Below, piece by piece: positions 1-10,011 of a stretch of DNA of 64,000 nucleotides. Within the stretch, counting starts at the first letter, position 1, and the number at the start of each line of letters is the position of its first letter. Made by a program: the position numbers and the translations under genes. Origin of the DNA: an uncultured Candidatus Entotheonella sp. (lineage in GTDB: Bacteria; Tectomicrobia; Entotheonellia; Entotheonellales; Entotheonellaceae); the NCBI GenBank assembly GCA_965217185.1, contig OZ244252.1:96001-160000 (forward strand), in the 5' to 3' direction. Below the pieces are notes generated by a model, which was not told the origin of the DNA, searched no databases, and saw only the letters and a program-made list of their open reading frames with translations.

Positions 1-996
1 ATCCTGCCGACCGAATACGGCGGCGGTGGGCTCGATTACGTGAGCTACGCCATTATCTGCGAGGAACTGTCGCGGGGCTGGATGAGCCTGGCGGGCATTC
101 TCAATTCTCACCTCATGATGGCCTTGATGACTTGCTGGTACGGCACGGAAGCCCAGAAGCAGACCTATGTGCCGGCTTTCGCAACCGGCGAGCGGCGCGG
201 CGGGCTGATGCTGACCGAGGCGAATGCCGGTTCCGACGCTGCCGCTATGCAGACGACCGCCATCCGGCAGGGCGACGTGTACGTCGTCAATGGCAGCAAA
301 ATGTTCATCACCAACGCCGAACGCGGCAACACCTTCATGCTGCTGGCCAAGACCGACCCGACGCGGCAGCCGCAACACCGAGGCATCAGCGCTTTCCTGC
401 TGGACAAGAGCCGTCCCGGTTTTCGGGTCGGGCGGCGCATCAAAAAGCTGGGCTACAAGGGCCTTCGCACCTGTGAGGTCATCCTGGAGGATTGCCATAT
501 TCCAAGGGATTGTCTGATTGGGGAAGAGGGCCACGGCTTCAAATATGTGCTGTCGGCGCTTGAGGTCGGGCGCATCAACATCGCCGCCCGAGGGGTCGGC
601 ATGGCGCGTGCCGCGTTTGAGGACTCGATTCGATACGCCCAGCAGCGGCAGCAATTCGGGCAACCCATCGCCAACTTCCAGGCCATTCAGTTCAAGCTGG
701 CCGACATGGCGACGGCAATCGAGGCGGCCCGGCTACTGACCTTCAATGCCGCCGCCAAGAAGGACCGCGGTGAGCGGTGTGACCTGGAAGCTGGAATGGC
801 AAAGCTTTTCGCCAGCGAGATGTGCGAGAAAGCCGCCTCGGAGGGCATTCAGATTCACGGAGGGTACGGCTACACGGAGGAGTTCGCGGTGGAGCGGTAC
901 TATCGGGACGCCAAGTTGCTCACTGTAGGCGAGGGCACCAGCGAGGTTCAGCGGCAGGTCATCGCCCGGCGTCTGCTGGCGTTGTACGCCATCTGA
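1..996 (+). CDS. Acyl-CoA dehydrogenase (5'-truncated by window edge)
   Basis: Frame is open from base 1 (ILPTEYGGGGLD...). ACAD motifs LTEANAGSD, NGSKMFITN, KLGYKG, RQQFG, GIQIHGGYGY, EGTSEVQR. Confidence 0.93.
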   Translation: MLPTEYGGGGLDYVSYAIICEELSRGWMSLAGILNSHLMMALMTCWYGTEAQKQTYVPAFATGERRGGLMLTEANAGSDAAAMQTTAIRQGDVYVVNGSKMFITNAERGNTFMLLAKTDPTRQPQHRGISAFLLDKSRPGFRVGRRIKKLGYKGLRTCEVILEDCHIPRDCLIGEEGHGFKYVLSALEVGRINIAARGVGMARAAFEDSIRYAQQRQQFGQPIANFQAIQFKLADMATAIEAARLLTFNAAAKKDRGERCDLEAGMAKLFASEMCEKAASEGIQIHGGYGYTEEFAVERYYRDAKLLTVGEGTSEVQRQVIARRLLALYAI

Positions 997-1009
997 TCCC
1001 AACCAAATC

Positions 1010-2956
1010 TTATTTCTGCGCCGCTTCAACCGGTTCACTGACCTTGGCGGATTCCTGCTTGGCGGCTCCGTCGCTCTGGCCTGCCTGATTTGAGCCCCGC
1101 CGCCGCCACCAGCCGCGCGCGCGGCGCGCTAGACGCCCAGCCGTCTGCCGGCCGGAACGCGAGCCGGCTGTGGCAACCGGCGGTTCGCCGTTGCCATGAC
1201 GTTCCAGGCGTCTCAATCCTGAGTTGAACCGCCAGAAAATCCGCCCGCGAATCCCACCCTGGGGCGTCGCCACCTCAGCGTTGACGATAGGCGGAACTGG
1301 GGTGGAAGTGGCCCTACCTGCCGGTTTTGATGACTGTGCTTCCGGCTCTTCCACACGAGCGCTGCGACCGCGGCGCCGATGCGTACCGCTAGCCGTCGAA
1401 CGAGCCGGGGGTTCCTTGCTCTCCCTGGCCGCATCTTTTTCAGTCGCCGGGGCCACTTCCACGGGTGCCGCACGCCTGACGAATTCCATGGTGTGCTCGT
1501 TCTGCCGTGCTAGCGGATTGCCGACCAAGTTGAGCGTCAGGTTATATTCCTCTTCAAGTTGAACGATTTCCTTACGTTTCTGGTTCAACAGGTAAAACAC
1601 CACGTCCATCGGCAGTTGGGCGTTGACGGCGGCCAAGGTGTCCTTGGCGGCTTCTGCGCGAATCTGGCGCAGAACCGAAAGCGTAAACGCCACCGTCGAC
1701 CGGATCAAGCCGCTACCCTCGCAATGCGGGCAACTCTGGTAATTGCCTTCGAGGATGGTCGGTTTGAGCCGCTGACGCGACAGTTCCAGCAGCCCGAACT
1801 GGGAAATGCGTCCCAACTGCGTCCGCGCCTTGTCCCGTTTGACCGCCTGCCGCAGCGTCTTCTCGATTTCCTGGTTGTGCTTGGCGTTGCGCATGTCAAT
1901 GAAATCAATGACGATGAGCCCGCCGAGGTCGCGCAACCGCAACTGCCGGGCGACCTCCTGGGCCGCCTCTGTATTGGTCTTGAAGGCCGTCTCCTCGATC
2001 GTCTTTTCTCGCGTCGCACGTCCTGAATTCACGTCGATGGCAACGAGGGCCTCGGTCTGGTCGATGACGATGGAGCCGCCCTGCTTCAGGTTGACCTTAT
2101 GGCTGTAAACGGTCTCCAGCTGCTCCTCAAGCTGGTATTTGGCAAACAGCGGTTTTTTCTCGCGGTACAGCTTGACGCGGCCGTGGTAGCGCGGCATTAC
2201 CGCCTGAAAGAAGTCGCGAGCGCGGTGATAGACCTCGCGGTCGTCGATCAGAACTTCCTGAATGTCGGGGGTGAAATAGTCGCGGATGGAGCGGATCACG
2301 AGGTCCTGTTCCCGATAAATCAGGGCAGGGGCGGGGGACTGCTGGCTCTTGTCTTCGACGCTGGCCCACAAACGTTGCAGGTACGCCATGTCGCGCTGCA
2401 ACTCGGCTTTGTTACGGTTCAACCCGGCGGTGCGCACGATGATGCCCATGTTCGGGGGCGGTTCGAGCTGGGTGACGATCTCTTTAAGCTTCCTGCGCTC
2501 TTCCTCGTCCTCAATTTTGCGCGAGATGCCGCCGGAGGTCTCCGACTCGGGCATGAGCACCAGATAGCGCCCCGGCAGGGAGATATAGGTGCTGAGGCTG
2601 GCGCCCTTGGTGCCCAACTCTTCTTTGACCACCTGCATGATGACTCTCTGGTTGCGCTGCAGCACGTCCTGTATGCGGGGGCGGCGCTCGCGGTCTTCCG
2701 CTGATTTGCCGTCGTCGTTAAACCACCGGGCATGAATCTCACCAATGGGCAGGAAGCCGTGCCGGTTGCCGCCGTAATCTACGAACGCCGCTTGCAAGCT
2801 CGGTTCGACTTTGACGATAACGCCGTTGTAGATGTTGCCTTTGTTCTGCTCCTTGCTGGCCGTCTCAATGGTGAACTCTTCCAGAATGCCATCTTCGACG
2901 ATGGCGACGCGGCTTTCTTCCTCGTCCGCGACGTTAATGAGCATCCGTTTCTTCAT
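1010..2956 (-). CDS. rne: Ribonuclease E/G family
   Basis: KRMLIN start, S1 domain (GNIY...LQAAFVDYG), IDVNSGR, LRLRDLGGLIVIDFIDM, CPHCEG Zn link, disordered Arg-rich C-terminus. Confidence 0.93.
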   Translation of the reverse strand: MKKRMLINVADEEESRVAIVEDGILEEFTIETASKEQNKGNIYNGVIVKVEPSLQAAFVDYGGNRHGFLPIGEIHARWFNDDGKSAEDRERRPRIQDVLQRNQRVIMQVVKEELGTKGASLSTYISLPGRYLVLMPESETSGGISRKIEDEEERRKLKEIVTQLEPPPNMGIIVRTAGLNRNKAELQRDMAYLQRLWASVEDKSQQSPAPALIYREQDLVIRSIRDYFTPDIQEVLIDDREVYHRARDFFQAVMPRYHGRVKLYREKKPLFAKYQLEEQLETVYSHKVNLKQGGSIVIDQTEALVAIDVNSGRATREKTIEETAFKTNTEAAQEVARQLRLRDLGGLIVIDFIDMRNAKHNQEIEKTLRQAVKRDKARTQLGRISQFGLLELSRQRLKPTILEGNYQSCPHCEGSGLIRSTVAFTLSVLRQIRAEAAKDTLAAVNAQLPMDVVFYLLNQKRKEIVQLEEEYNLTLNLVGNPLARQNEHTMEFVRRAAPVEVAPATEKDAARESKEPPARSTASGTHRRRGRSARVEEPEAQSSKPAGRATSTPVPPIVNAEVATPQGGIRGRIFWRFNSGLRRLERHGNGEPPVATAGSRSGRQTAGRLARRARGWWRRRGSNQAGQSDGAAKQESAKVSEPVEAAQK

Positions 2957-3130
2957 CTAAACCTTCTCTGATGCAGGATCTGCATGGGGTGGATAGTTGT
3001 GGGTATCCGGTGTTGGGATGGCCGTTGCCAAAACGAATCGTGGGGGCGATTCACAACCGCGTAGCACAAATGTGAGGCGTGTGCAAGTGTAACATGATAT
3101 CTGCGCGGTGCAAAATTTAGTGCCGTGGTG

Positions 3131-3526
3131 TTAAGGCTGGGCATACTCGACCAGGACGCCGTGGTTGGACTTGGGGTGTAAAAAGCAGATCAAGCCGGCA
3201 AGTCCGGCGCGCGGTTGCTGATCGATCGTCGTCACGCCGCGCCGTTTGGCAGTTTCCAGCTCTTCGTTGACATCGTCCGTTTCGAAGCACAGATGATGCA
3301 GCCCTTCTCCCCGCTGTTCCAGAAAGCGGGCCACCCCGGTTCCCGGCGCGACCGGTTCCAGCAACTCGATCTCGCTCTCCCCGATGGTCAGCAGGGCAGC
3401 CCGGACGCCCTGATCCTGGATGATCGCTTCCTTGTGCACCGGAAGGGACAGGGCGTCGCGATAAAAGGCATAGGCCTCGTCGAGGCTGCGTACCACGATG
3501 CCGATGTGGTGGATCTTGGTCAGCAT
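3131..3526 (-). CDS. mce: Methylmalonyl-CoA epimerase (VOC family)
   Basis: IHHIGIVV, EIELLEP, GEGLHHLCF, FLHPKSNHGVLVE. Confidence 0.85.
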   Translation of the reverse strand: MLTKIHHIGIVVRSLDEAYAFYRDALSLPVHKEAIIQDQGVRAALLTIGESEIELLEPVAPGTGVARFLEQRGEGLHHLCFETDDVNEELETAKRRGVTTIDQQPRAGLAGLICFLHPKSNHGVLVEYAQP

Positions 3527-3553
3527 GGTATCTCCCGCTGTTTTGGCGCCGGC

Positions 3554-4639
3554 TCAGCCGATATAGCCCCGGTGCACCAACAACTCTGCCGTCAGCACCG
3601 TGCCCTTGGCGGCGCCCATTTTGGTATTGTGCGACAAGAGCACGTATTGCAGGCCGTTCTCGAAGGCACTGTCAGCCCGCAAACGGCCCACGCTGGTGGC
3701 CATGCCGTCGTCCAGCGTGCGGTCCAGGCGCGGTTGTGGCCGGAACGGGTCGTCGTGCATGACGATGAGACGCTGCGGCGATGAGGGCAATCCCAGCCGA
3801 GCGAATTCCGCACCGAAACAGTTGAAAGCGTCCCGTGCCTCGTCCACCGTGGCCGGCCGCGTGGTCAGGGCCAGTACGCTCTCGGTGTGCCCCTCCAGCA
3901 CCGGCACGCGGGTGCAGGTCGCGCTCATGCGAAGCGCGGCTGGCTGCAGACCGTCCGCCGTACAGCGGCCGAGAATTTTGCACGTCTCCCGCCGCACTTT
4001 CTCTTCTTCTTTGGCGATGTAGGGAATAACGTTGTCGATGATGTCCAGACCCAGAACGCCGCCGTGGCGTCCGGCGCCGGAGACGGCCTGCAACGACGTC
4101 ATGACGACGGCTTCCAGGCCGAAGCGTTGCGCCAGGGGAGCCAGGGTGATGGCCAACCCGACCGTGGTGCAATTCGGGTTTGGCGCGATGAATCCCTGCC
4201 AGCCGCGCGTTTTGCGTTGGTTGTCGATCAACCCGATGTGATCGTCATTGACGCCTGGCAACAGCACCGGCACGTCGTCGTCGTAGCGAAAGGCCGAGGC
4301 CGTGCTGATGACCGGCGTGCTGCGTGCGTATTGGGGCTCGAGCGTCCGGGCGGCGTCCGATTCGACGGCGCTGAAAATCACGTCGAAGCGCGTTGCGTCG
4401 AGGTCGGCGGCGTTTTCCACGGGCAGGTCGAAGATGCTGTCGTCCGGTGGGGCTTCGGCGTACCACTGCAGGGAGCCGCCGGGGGCATCCCGCAGCGCCT
4501 CGCCATACGAACGGCCCGCCGAGCGCTGCGATGCGGCTAGGGCGTCGATGGTAAACCAAGGATGCCGTTGCAGAGCCAGAATGAACTGCTGTCCGACGAT
4601 ACCAGTGGCGCCAACGATGGCGGCCTTGAGCCTGCTCAT
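3554..4639 (-). CDS. asd: Aspartate-semialdehyde dehydrogenase, archaeal/fungal-like type
   Basis: GATGIVGQ, PNCTT catalytic Cys, QAVSGAG, EEEK, CTRVPVLEGH, PQPRLDR, SHNTKMGAA. Confidence 0.88.
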   Translation of the reverse strand: MSRLKAAIVGATGIVGQQFILALQRHPWFTIDALAASQRSAGRSYGEALRDAPGGSLQWYAEAPPDDSIFDLPVENAADLDATRFDVIFSAVESDAARTLEPQYARSTPVISTASAFRYDDDVPVLLPGVNDDHIGLIDNQRKTRGWQGFIAPNPNCTTVGLAITLAPLAQRFGLEAVVMTSLQAVSGAGRHGGVLGLDIIDNVIPYIAKEEEKVRRETCKILGRCTADGLQPAALRMSATCTRVPVLEGHTESVLALTTRPATVDEARDAFNCFGAEFARLGLPSSPQRLIVMHDDPFRPQPRLDRTLDDGMATSVGRLRADSAFENGLQYVLLSHNTKMGAAKGTVLTAELLVHRGYIG

Positions 4640-4780
4640 GTCACCTCGTCAATCTGGAAAAATGGGTACGCTTCAACCTGACAGGGAGAGCGCTTGCTTC
4701 CCCCCGGAGGCTTTGCGAGAATGGCCGCCCTCGGTGTCGTGGAAGGGAATCGTAAACGCGCAAGAACAGCGGAGGACGCC

Positions 4781-6625
4781 ATGCACGGATACCATGGGCG
4801 CATACTGAATGTCAATCTGAGCAGCAGCCAAATTGCCATCGAGACGTTCGATGAAATGTTTGCCAAGCAGTATCTCGGTGGCAACGGTTTTGCCATCCGT
4901 CTGCTGTACGAGCGCCTGGCCGCGGGCATTGATCCCCTGGCGCCCGAAAACGTCATCGTTTTTGCCGTTGGTCCGACCACCGACACCATGATTCCCGGCG
5001 CCACGCGCTGCTGTGCCGGCACGAAATCCCCACTTACCGGCTTGTTCTTCGACACCACCTTCGGCGGCATGTTCGCTGCAGTCCAGAAGCGCAGCGGCTT
5101 CGAGGCCATCGCCATTACCGGCCGCGCCGCCGAGCCCGTGTACCTGTTGGTGCACGAGGAAGGCGCCGAGATCAAGCCCGCTGGTGATCTGTGGGGGCGT
5201 TACACGCAGGAAACCAACCACGCCATCCGCGACCGCGAGGGCGGCAACGTGGAAGTCTGCGCCATCGGGCCGGCGGGCGAAAACCGCGTACGCTTCGCCT
5301 GCGCCGTGCATACCTGGGACAAGAGCCGCGACGGGGTCGCCGGACGTGGCGGCCTCGGCGCCGTGATGGGTTCCAAGCATCTCAAGGCGGTTGCCGTGTC
5401 GGGCAAGCGCAAGACCAGCGTCGCCGACCCCGAGGCCATCAAGACGCTGCTGAGCGAGACCCGCGAGCCCATGAAGGTCGGCACCGCGGCGCTGAAGAAT
5501 TACGGCACGACGATTCTCGTCAACATGGTGAACAAAATCGGCGCTCTGGGCGTGCGCAACCTCCAAACCGAATCCTACGACAAGGCGGATGCCATCTCCG
5601 GTGAGACCTACAAGGCGGCCTATTTCGACAAGGACACCACCTGTTTCAAATGTCCGGTGGCCTGCGGCAAGGACTTTCACGTGGACGAAGGCGAATATGC
5701 CGGCACCCGCTGGAAGATGCCGGAATACGAGACGATTTTCGCCCTTGGCTCCATGCTGGACAACGCCCACAAGGGGTCCATTGTCAAAGCCAACGAACTG
5801 TGCGATCAGTTGGGCATGGACACGATCAGCCTCGGCGTCACCCTGGCGTTTGCCTTCGAGTGCTTTGAGAAGGGCTTATTGAGCCGCGAACACGCCGGGC
5901 GCGACCTCAAATTCGGCGATTACCACGCCATCCTCGACCTCATCGAGGACACGGCTTACCGGCGCGGTCTGGGGGACCTACTGGCCGAGGGTTCGGTGCG
6001 CTTGGCGGCGCATTTGGGAGACGAGGCCAGCCGCTTTCTATACGCCGTTAAGGCGCTGGAAATGCCGGCCCACTCCGCCCGCGTGCTCAAGGGCATGAGC
6101 CTGGGCTACGCGACCTCCACGCGCGGCGGCAGTCACCACGACACCCGCCCGACGTTGCAATACGGCACCGAGCACGACAACACGACGCCCGACGGCAAGC
6201 CTGAGTTCGCCGTGCACAACCAGCATTTCACTGCCGTGGGCGATTCGCTGACGCAGTGCCGCTTCGTCAGCGAGCGCGGCTTCGGCGGCATGCTGAACGA
6301 GCACTACCCCCGCATGATCAACGCCGTCACCGGCTGGGACCTGTCGCTGGAGGACGTCGAACGTATCGGCGAGCGCATCTGGAACCTGGAACGGGCTTTC
6401 AACGTGCGCGAGGGCATCGGGCGTGAGCAGGACGTGCTGCCGCATCGGGTTATGCACGAGCCGGTGCCCGAGGGCATGCATAAGGGGATGCATTGCCCGC
6501 CGGACGAGTTGAACGGCATGCTGGACAGCTACTACGCGCTGCGCGGCTGGACGTCTGACGGCGTGCCGACGCCCGAGCGGCTGCAGGCCCTGGAACTGGC
6601 CGAGCTTGTCAAAAACGGCAAGTAA
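4781..6625 (+). CDS. Aldehyde:ferredoxin oxidoreductase (W/Mo-bis-pterin family)
   Basis: ATG at 4781 after GGAGG. KSPLTG, IGPAGEN, GRGGLGAVMGSK, CxxCPVAC, PEYET, CDQLGMDTIS. Confidence 0.92.
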   Translation: MHGYHGRILNVNLSSSQIAIETFDEMFAKQYLGGNGFAIRLLYERLAAGIDPLAPENVIVFAVGPTTDTMIPGATRCCAGTKSPLTGLFFDTTFGGMFAAVQKRSGFEAIAITGRAAEPVYLLVHEEGAEIKPAGDLWGRYTQETNHAIRDREGGNVEVCAIGPAGENRVRFACAVHTWDKSRDGVAGRGGLGAVMGSKHLKAVAVSGKRKTSVADPEAIKTLLSETREPMKVGTAALKNYGTTILVNMVNKIGALGVRNLQTESYDKADAISGETYKAAYFDKDTTCFKCPVACGKDFHVDEGEYAGTRWKMPEYETIFALGSMLDNAHKGSIVKANELCDQLGMDTISLGVTLAFAFECFEKGLLSREHAGRDLKFGDYHAILDLIEDTAYRRGLGDLLAEGSVRLAAHLGDEASRFLYAVKALEMPAHSARVLKGMSLGYATSTRGGSHHDTRPTLQYGTEHDNTTPDGKPEFAVHNQHFTAVGDSLTQCRFVSERGFGGMLNEHYPRMINAVTGWDLSLEDVERIGERIWNLERAFNVREGIGREQDVLPHRVMHEPVPEGMHKGMHCPPDELNGMLDSYYALRGWTSDGVPTPERLQALELAELVKNGK

Positions 6626-6627
6626 AC

Positions 6628-7017
6628 GTGGGCATGCGGCTGACCGTCACAACGCATATTTTCGGCCTGCCGACCGGCCAACGCACGGTGTCGGTGTCCG
6701 TCGTAGTGCCGGCGGGCTTCAGCGTGCGGGAACTCATTGCGCGGAAGATCGAGCAGGAATGGTCGGAAAGCGCCGAGCGGCAAAGGCCCGGCCTCAGTGG
6801 CGAGGCGTTCTCGTCCGAAGAGCTTCTGGGCGCTGCGCCGCTTGCCCTGCGCGGTGACGTCTGTGAGGAAGTCGAACGCGCTCAGCAGGCGTTCGCGGCC
6901 CGCGAGTTCATGGTCGTGGTCGACGATCAGCGGATCTGCGACCCCGACGTAGTTCTGATCGTCAACCCGGACACCCGCGTGGAATTCATCAAAATCCTGC
7001 CCATGGTCGGGGGATAA
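6628..7017 (+). CDS. Expanded ubiquitin-like (MoaD/ThiS-like) protein with C-terminal Gly-Gly
   Basis: Starts 2 nt after the AOR stop. Ends VVVDD...DTRVEFIKILPMVGG*. 129 aa with a central helical insertion. Confidence 0.7.
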   Translation: MGMRLTVTTHIFGLPTGQRTVSVSVVVPAGFSVRELIARKIEQEWSESAERQRPGLSGEAFSSEELLGAAPLALRGDVCEEVERAQQAFAAREFMVVVDDQRICDPDVVLIVNPDTRVEFIKILPMVGG

Positions 7018-7023
7018 CCCGCC

Positions 7024-8373
7024 TCACCGCACCTGGATTCCCACCTCCACCATCATCCCCGGTTTCAGCAGATTGTCCGGGTTCTCAACCGCGATGCGCA
7101 CCGGGATGCGCTGCGTCACCTTGATGAAGTGGGCCGAGGCGCTGCCCGCTGGAATAATGGCGAATTCGGACCGCGTGGCGGCGCCGATCTGGTGCACCTG
7201 GCCCTGAAACGACTGGTCGGGATAGGCGTCCACCGCGATATCCACCGGTTGTCCCAACTGCACTTGGCGAATCTGGGTTTCCTCGATGTTGGCGCTGACC
7301 CATACGTCCTGCGGGTCATTGACAATGGCGATCGGCTGTCCGGCCCGAACGTGCTCGCCGCCGTCAGCAATCGCTTGGCTCACGGAGCCGGTCACCGGAC
7401 TGTGGATGACGGTCTTTTCTAGTCGCAGGCGCGCCAGGGCGAGCTCGGTCTCGGCCTCTTTGACCTTGGCGCGGAGGTCTTTCACCCCCTCAGCCTGTGC
7501 CATATTGCCCAGGCGTCCCACGTCCACTGCCTGGGTCTTCAGCGCTTGCGACTCTTCGACTTTCTGCTCTTGGGTGCGTACGCTCTCGAGACGCAGTTGC
7601 ACGCGCTGGCTTTCGTCTCTCGCCCTTTGCAGCAGCACAAGGTCCTTATTCAAACGTTCTTGTACCGATTGGTGCTGGGCCAGAGCGAGATTGTATGCTG
7701 CCGTCACTTGGTCCCGTTGCTCGGCAGGGATGATGCCGTCCTGGAACAGTTGCTCGGCGCGTTTGCTCTCGGCTGCTGCTACGTCGAGTTGTGCCTTGGT
7801 CCCCGCCAACTGGGCTCTGGCCTCCTCCACGGCGGCCTCCTGTCCCCGCGATTCAGCCTGGACGCGTTTGTTTTCAAGTTGCGCAGCGCCCTGAACTTCG
7901 CTCAGTTGGCTCTGCGAGGCGTTCAAGACGGCTTCGGAAACTCCGATGTTGCCCTCGGTCAGGGCCTGCGCCAATTCGTGTTCGATCTCGGCGCGGGCCA
8001 ATTGGCTCTGCACCGCTTCCAGCGTAGCCTGCCGTTGCGCGACTTCCAACTCGTAGAATTCCGGGTCGATACGGGCCAACAAGTCGCCTTGTTTGATCGG
8101 CTGTCCCGCCTTGATCGGCACACTCAGTAAACGCCCCGGGACCTCCGCACTCACCGTGATCAACGTGCCCTTCACGCGCGCGTCGTCGGTCGACACGTGG
8201 CTCAGCGTATACAGCCACCACTGCACGCCGAAGTAGCTGCCGACCGCCAGTCCCAGCACCAGCAGTGGAGCAAAAATGCGCCAACGCGAGCCGCGCTGGC
8301 GGAGGGGCGGCATCGGCGCCGACCCGCCAGCGCGAGGCGAGGGAGTGTCCAAGGGAGCGTTATCTTCAGCCAT
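7024..8373 (-). CDS. HlyD/EmrA-type membrane fusion protein
   Basis: N-terminal TM, VSTDDARV, lipoyl-like halves around a long coiled coil, ANIEET, FIKVTQRIPVRI, LKPGMMV. Confidence 0.9.
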   Translation of the reverse strand: MAEDNAPLDTPSPRAGGSAPMPPLRQRGSRWRIFAPLLVLGLAVGSYFGVQWWLYTLSHVSTDDARVKGTLITVSAEVPGRLLSVPIKAGQPIKQGDLLARIDPEFYELEVAQRQATLEAVQSQLARAEIEHELAQALTEGNIGVSEAVLNASQSQLSEVQGAAQLENKRVQAESRGQEAAVEEARAQLAGTKAQLDVAAAESKRAEQLFQDGIIPAEQRDQVTAAYNLALAQHQSVQERLNKDLVLLQRARDESQRVQLRLESVRTQEQKVEESQALKTQAVDVGRLGNMAQAEGVKDLRAKVKEAETELALARLRLEKTVIHSPVTGSVSQAIADGGEHVRAGQPIAIVNDPQDVWVSANIEETQIRQVQLGQPVDIAVDAYPDQSFQGQVHQIGAATRSEFAIIPAGSASAHFIKVTQRIPVRIAVENPDNLLKPGMMVEVGIQVR

Positions 8374-8664
8374 GTGCTGTTTCCTTTGTTGTCAAACTTC
8401 GCTTGTTATCAAACTTCGCTCGGCATGATGCGAAAGATTGGGGGTGAGTGCCGGAGGGTCTGCGAAGCAGCCGGAGACGGATAAGACGGCCTCGGAGCTA
8501 AATGCGTTATCGACGATGGACGATAGCTTAACACAGACAGTTGTTGCAAAGGGTTGGGTTGATTTCCTAATGGATCGTTGATAACTGCCCATTTGTGCAT
8601 TATATTGACGGTATGACTCCGCGCTACGGACCCCAGTTAGCCCATTCACGCGGGAGGGGTGAAT

Positions 8665-9741
8665 ATGGAACCTGACGCAAGAGATCCCCAGCCGGCCATT
8701 CGTGGGCGCGGCACTGCCTCGAACCCTCGTAACCGTTTCGAGCCGCTGTTCTATGCCCCGGACCCCGACAGCGAGGTGCCGCCAGACACCGCCTTTACGA
8801 CGGAACTGCTCCGCGACACCTCACAGTCCATCTTGGCCTACAATAACAGCCCGGACATCGGCTTTGACGCCAGCATCAACGTGTACCGCGGCTGCGAGCA
8901 CGGCTGCATTTACTGCTACGCCAGACCGACCCACGAATATCTCGGGTTTTCCGCCGGCCTCGACTTCGAGACCAAAATTCTGGTCAAACCCGAAGCCGCA
9001 ACGCTCCTGCGCCGGGAGTTATCGTCGCGCCGCTGGAAGCCGCAGGTGGTGGTTCTGAGCGGTGTCACCGACCCCTACCAGCCCACCGAACGCCGCCTAA
9101 AGCTGACGCGGGCTTGCCTGCAGGTGCTGGCTGAATTCCGCAACCCGGTGTCCATCATCACCAAGAACCACCTCGTGACCCGCGACATTGACGTGTTGGG
9201 CGAATTGGCGCGCTACCAGGCGGTTTCGGTGACGCTGTCCGTCACCAGCCTGGCCAGCCGGCTCAGCCGTGTGCTCGAACCCAGAGCCTCGCATCCTCAA
9301 CAACGACTGGCGGCTATCGAGGAATTGTCGCAGGCGGGGGTGCCGGTCGGCATGATGGTGGCGCCGGTCATTCCGGGACTGAATGAACACGAGCTGCCTG
9401 CCATTATCGCGGCCGGCAAGCAGGCCGGAGTTCAGTTTGCCGGCTACACGACGCTGCGATTGCCGTACGGGGTGGCACCGTTGTTCGAGCGCTGGTTGGA
9501 TCAACATGCTCCGAACAAAAAGGCCAAAATCCTCAACCGCCTGCGCAGCCTGCGCGGTGGTAAGATGAACGACAGCCGCTTTGGCAAACGCATGCGCGGC
9601 GAGGGGCGATACGCCGAGCAAATCGCCGCCATGTTCGCACTGGCCTGCCGCAAGGCGGGTTTGGTCAACAAGCACCCGAGACTCTCCACAACCGCCTTCC
9701 GCCGCCCTGTGGAGGGGCAGTTGTCGCTGTTCGACGAGTAG
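8665..9741 (+). CDS. Radical SAM protein, PA0069/Rv2578c (SPL-like) family
   Basis: RGRG...NRFE, YRGCEHGCIYCYAR, TDPYQP, C-terminal QLSLF. Confidence 0.9.
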   Translation: MEPDARDPQPAIRGRGTASNPRNRFEPLFYAPDPDSEVPPDTAFTTELLRDTSQSILAYNNSPDIGFDASINVYRGCEHGCIYCYARPTHEYLGFSAGLDFETKILVKPEAATLLRRELSSRRWKPQVVVLSGVTDPYQPTERRLKLTRACLQVLAEFRNPVSIITKNHLVTRDIDVLGELARYQAVSVTLSVTSLASRLSRVLEPRASHPQQRLAAIEELSQAGVPVGMMVAPVIPGLNEHELPAIIAAGKQAGVQFAGYTTLRLPYGVAPLFERWLDQHAPNKKAKILNRLRSLRGGKMNDSRFGKRMRGEGRYAEQIAAMFALACRKAGLVNKHPRLSTTAFRRPVEGQLSLFDE

Positions 9742-10011
9742 CGAAAGACGGCAGCGAGGTCAGGGAATTCATGGTACAAGGTTCTCTTTGATTGGGTGTA
9801 AGTCCGAAATTGAGCGATTCTGAGGGGGTTTGGTACGGCTTGGGGACATGATTGATGCGCGAGGTGACAAAGTGTCACGTAGGACGGTGGGTGATGGGCA
9901 GCACTCCTCTGGGGTATTGTTGGTTTATCTACAAAATTGGCGGACGGACGGGCCGCCTAACTGGTCAATTTGAGACCTACGCCCCTTTGATTGACCATTT
10001 GGGAGACGTTC

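Noticed and set aside
3554..4639. Malonyl-CoA reductase call
   Set aside because: The Asd-type PNC, EEEK and RVPV..GH residues are retained, so it is annotated as asd.
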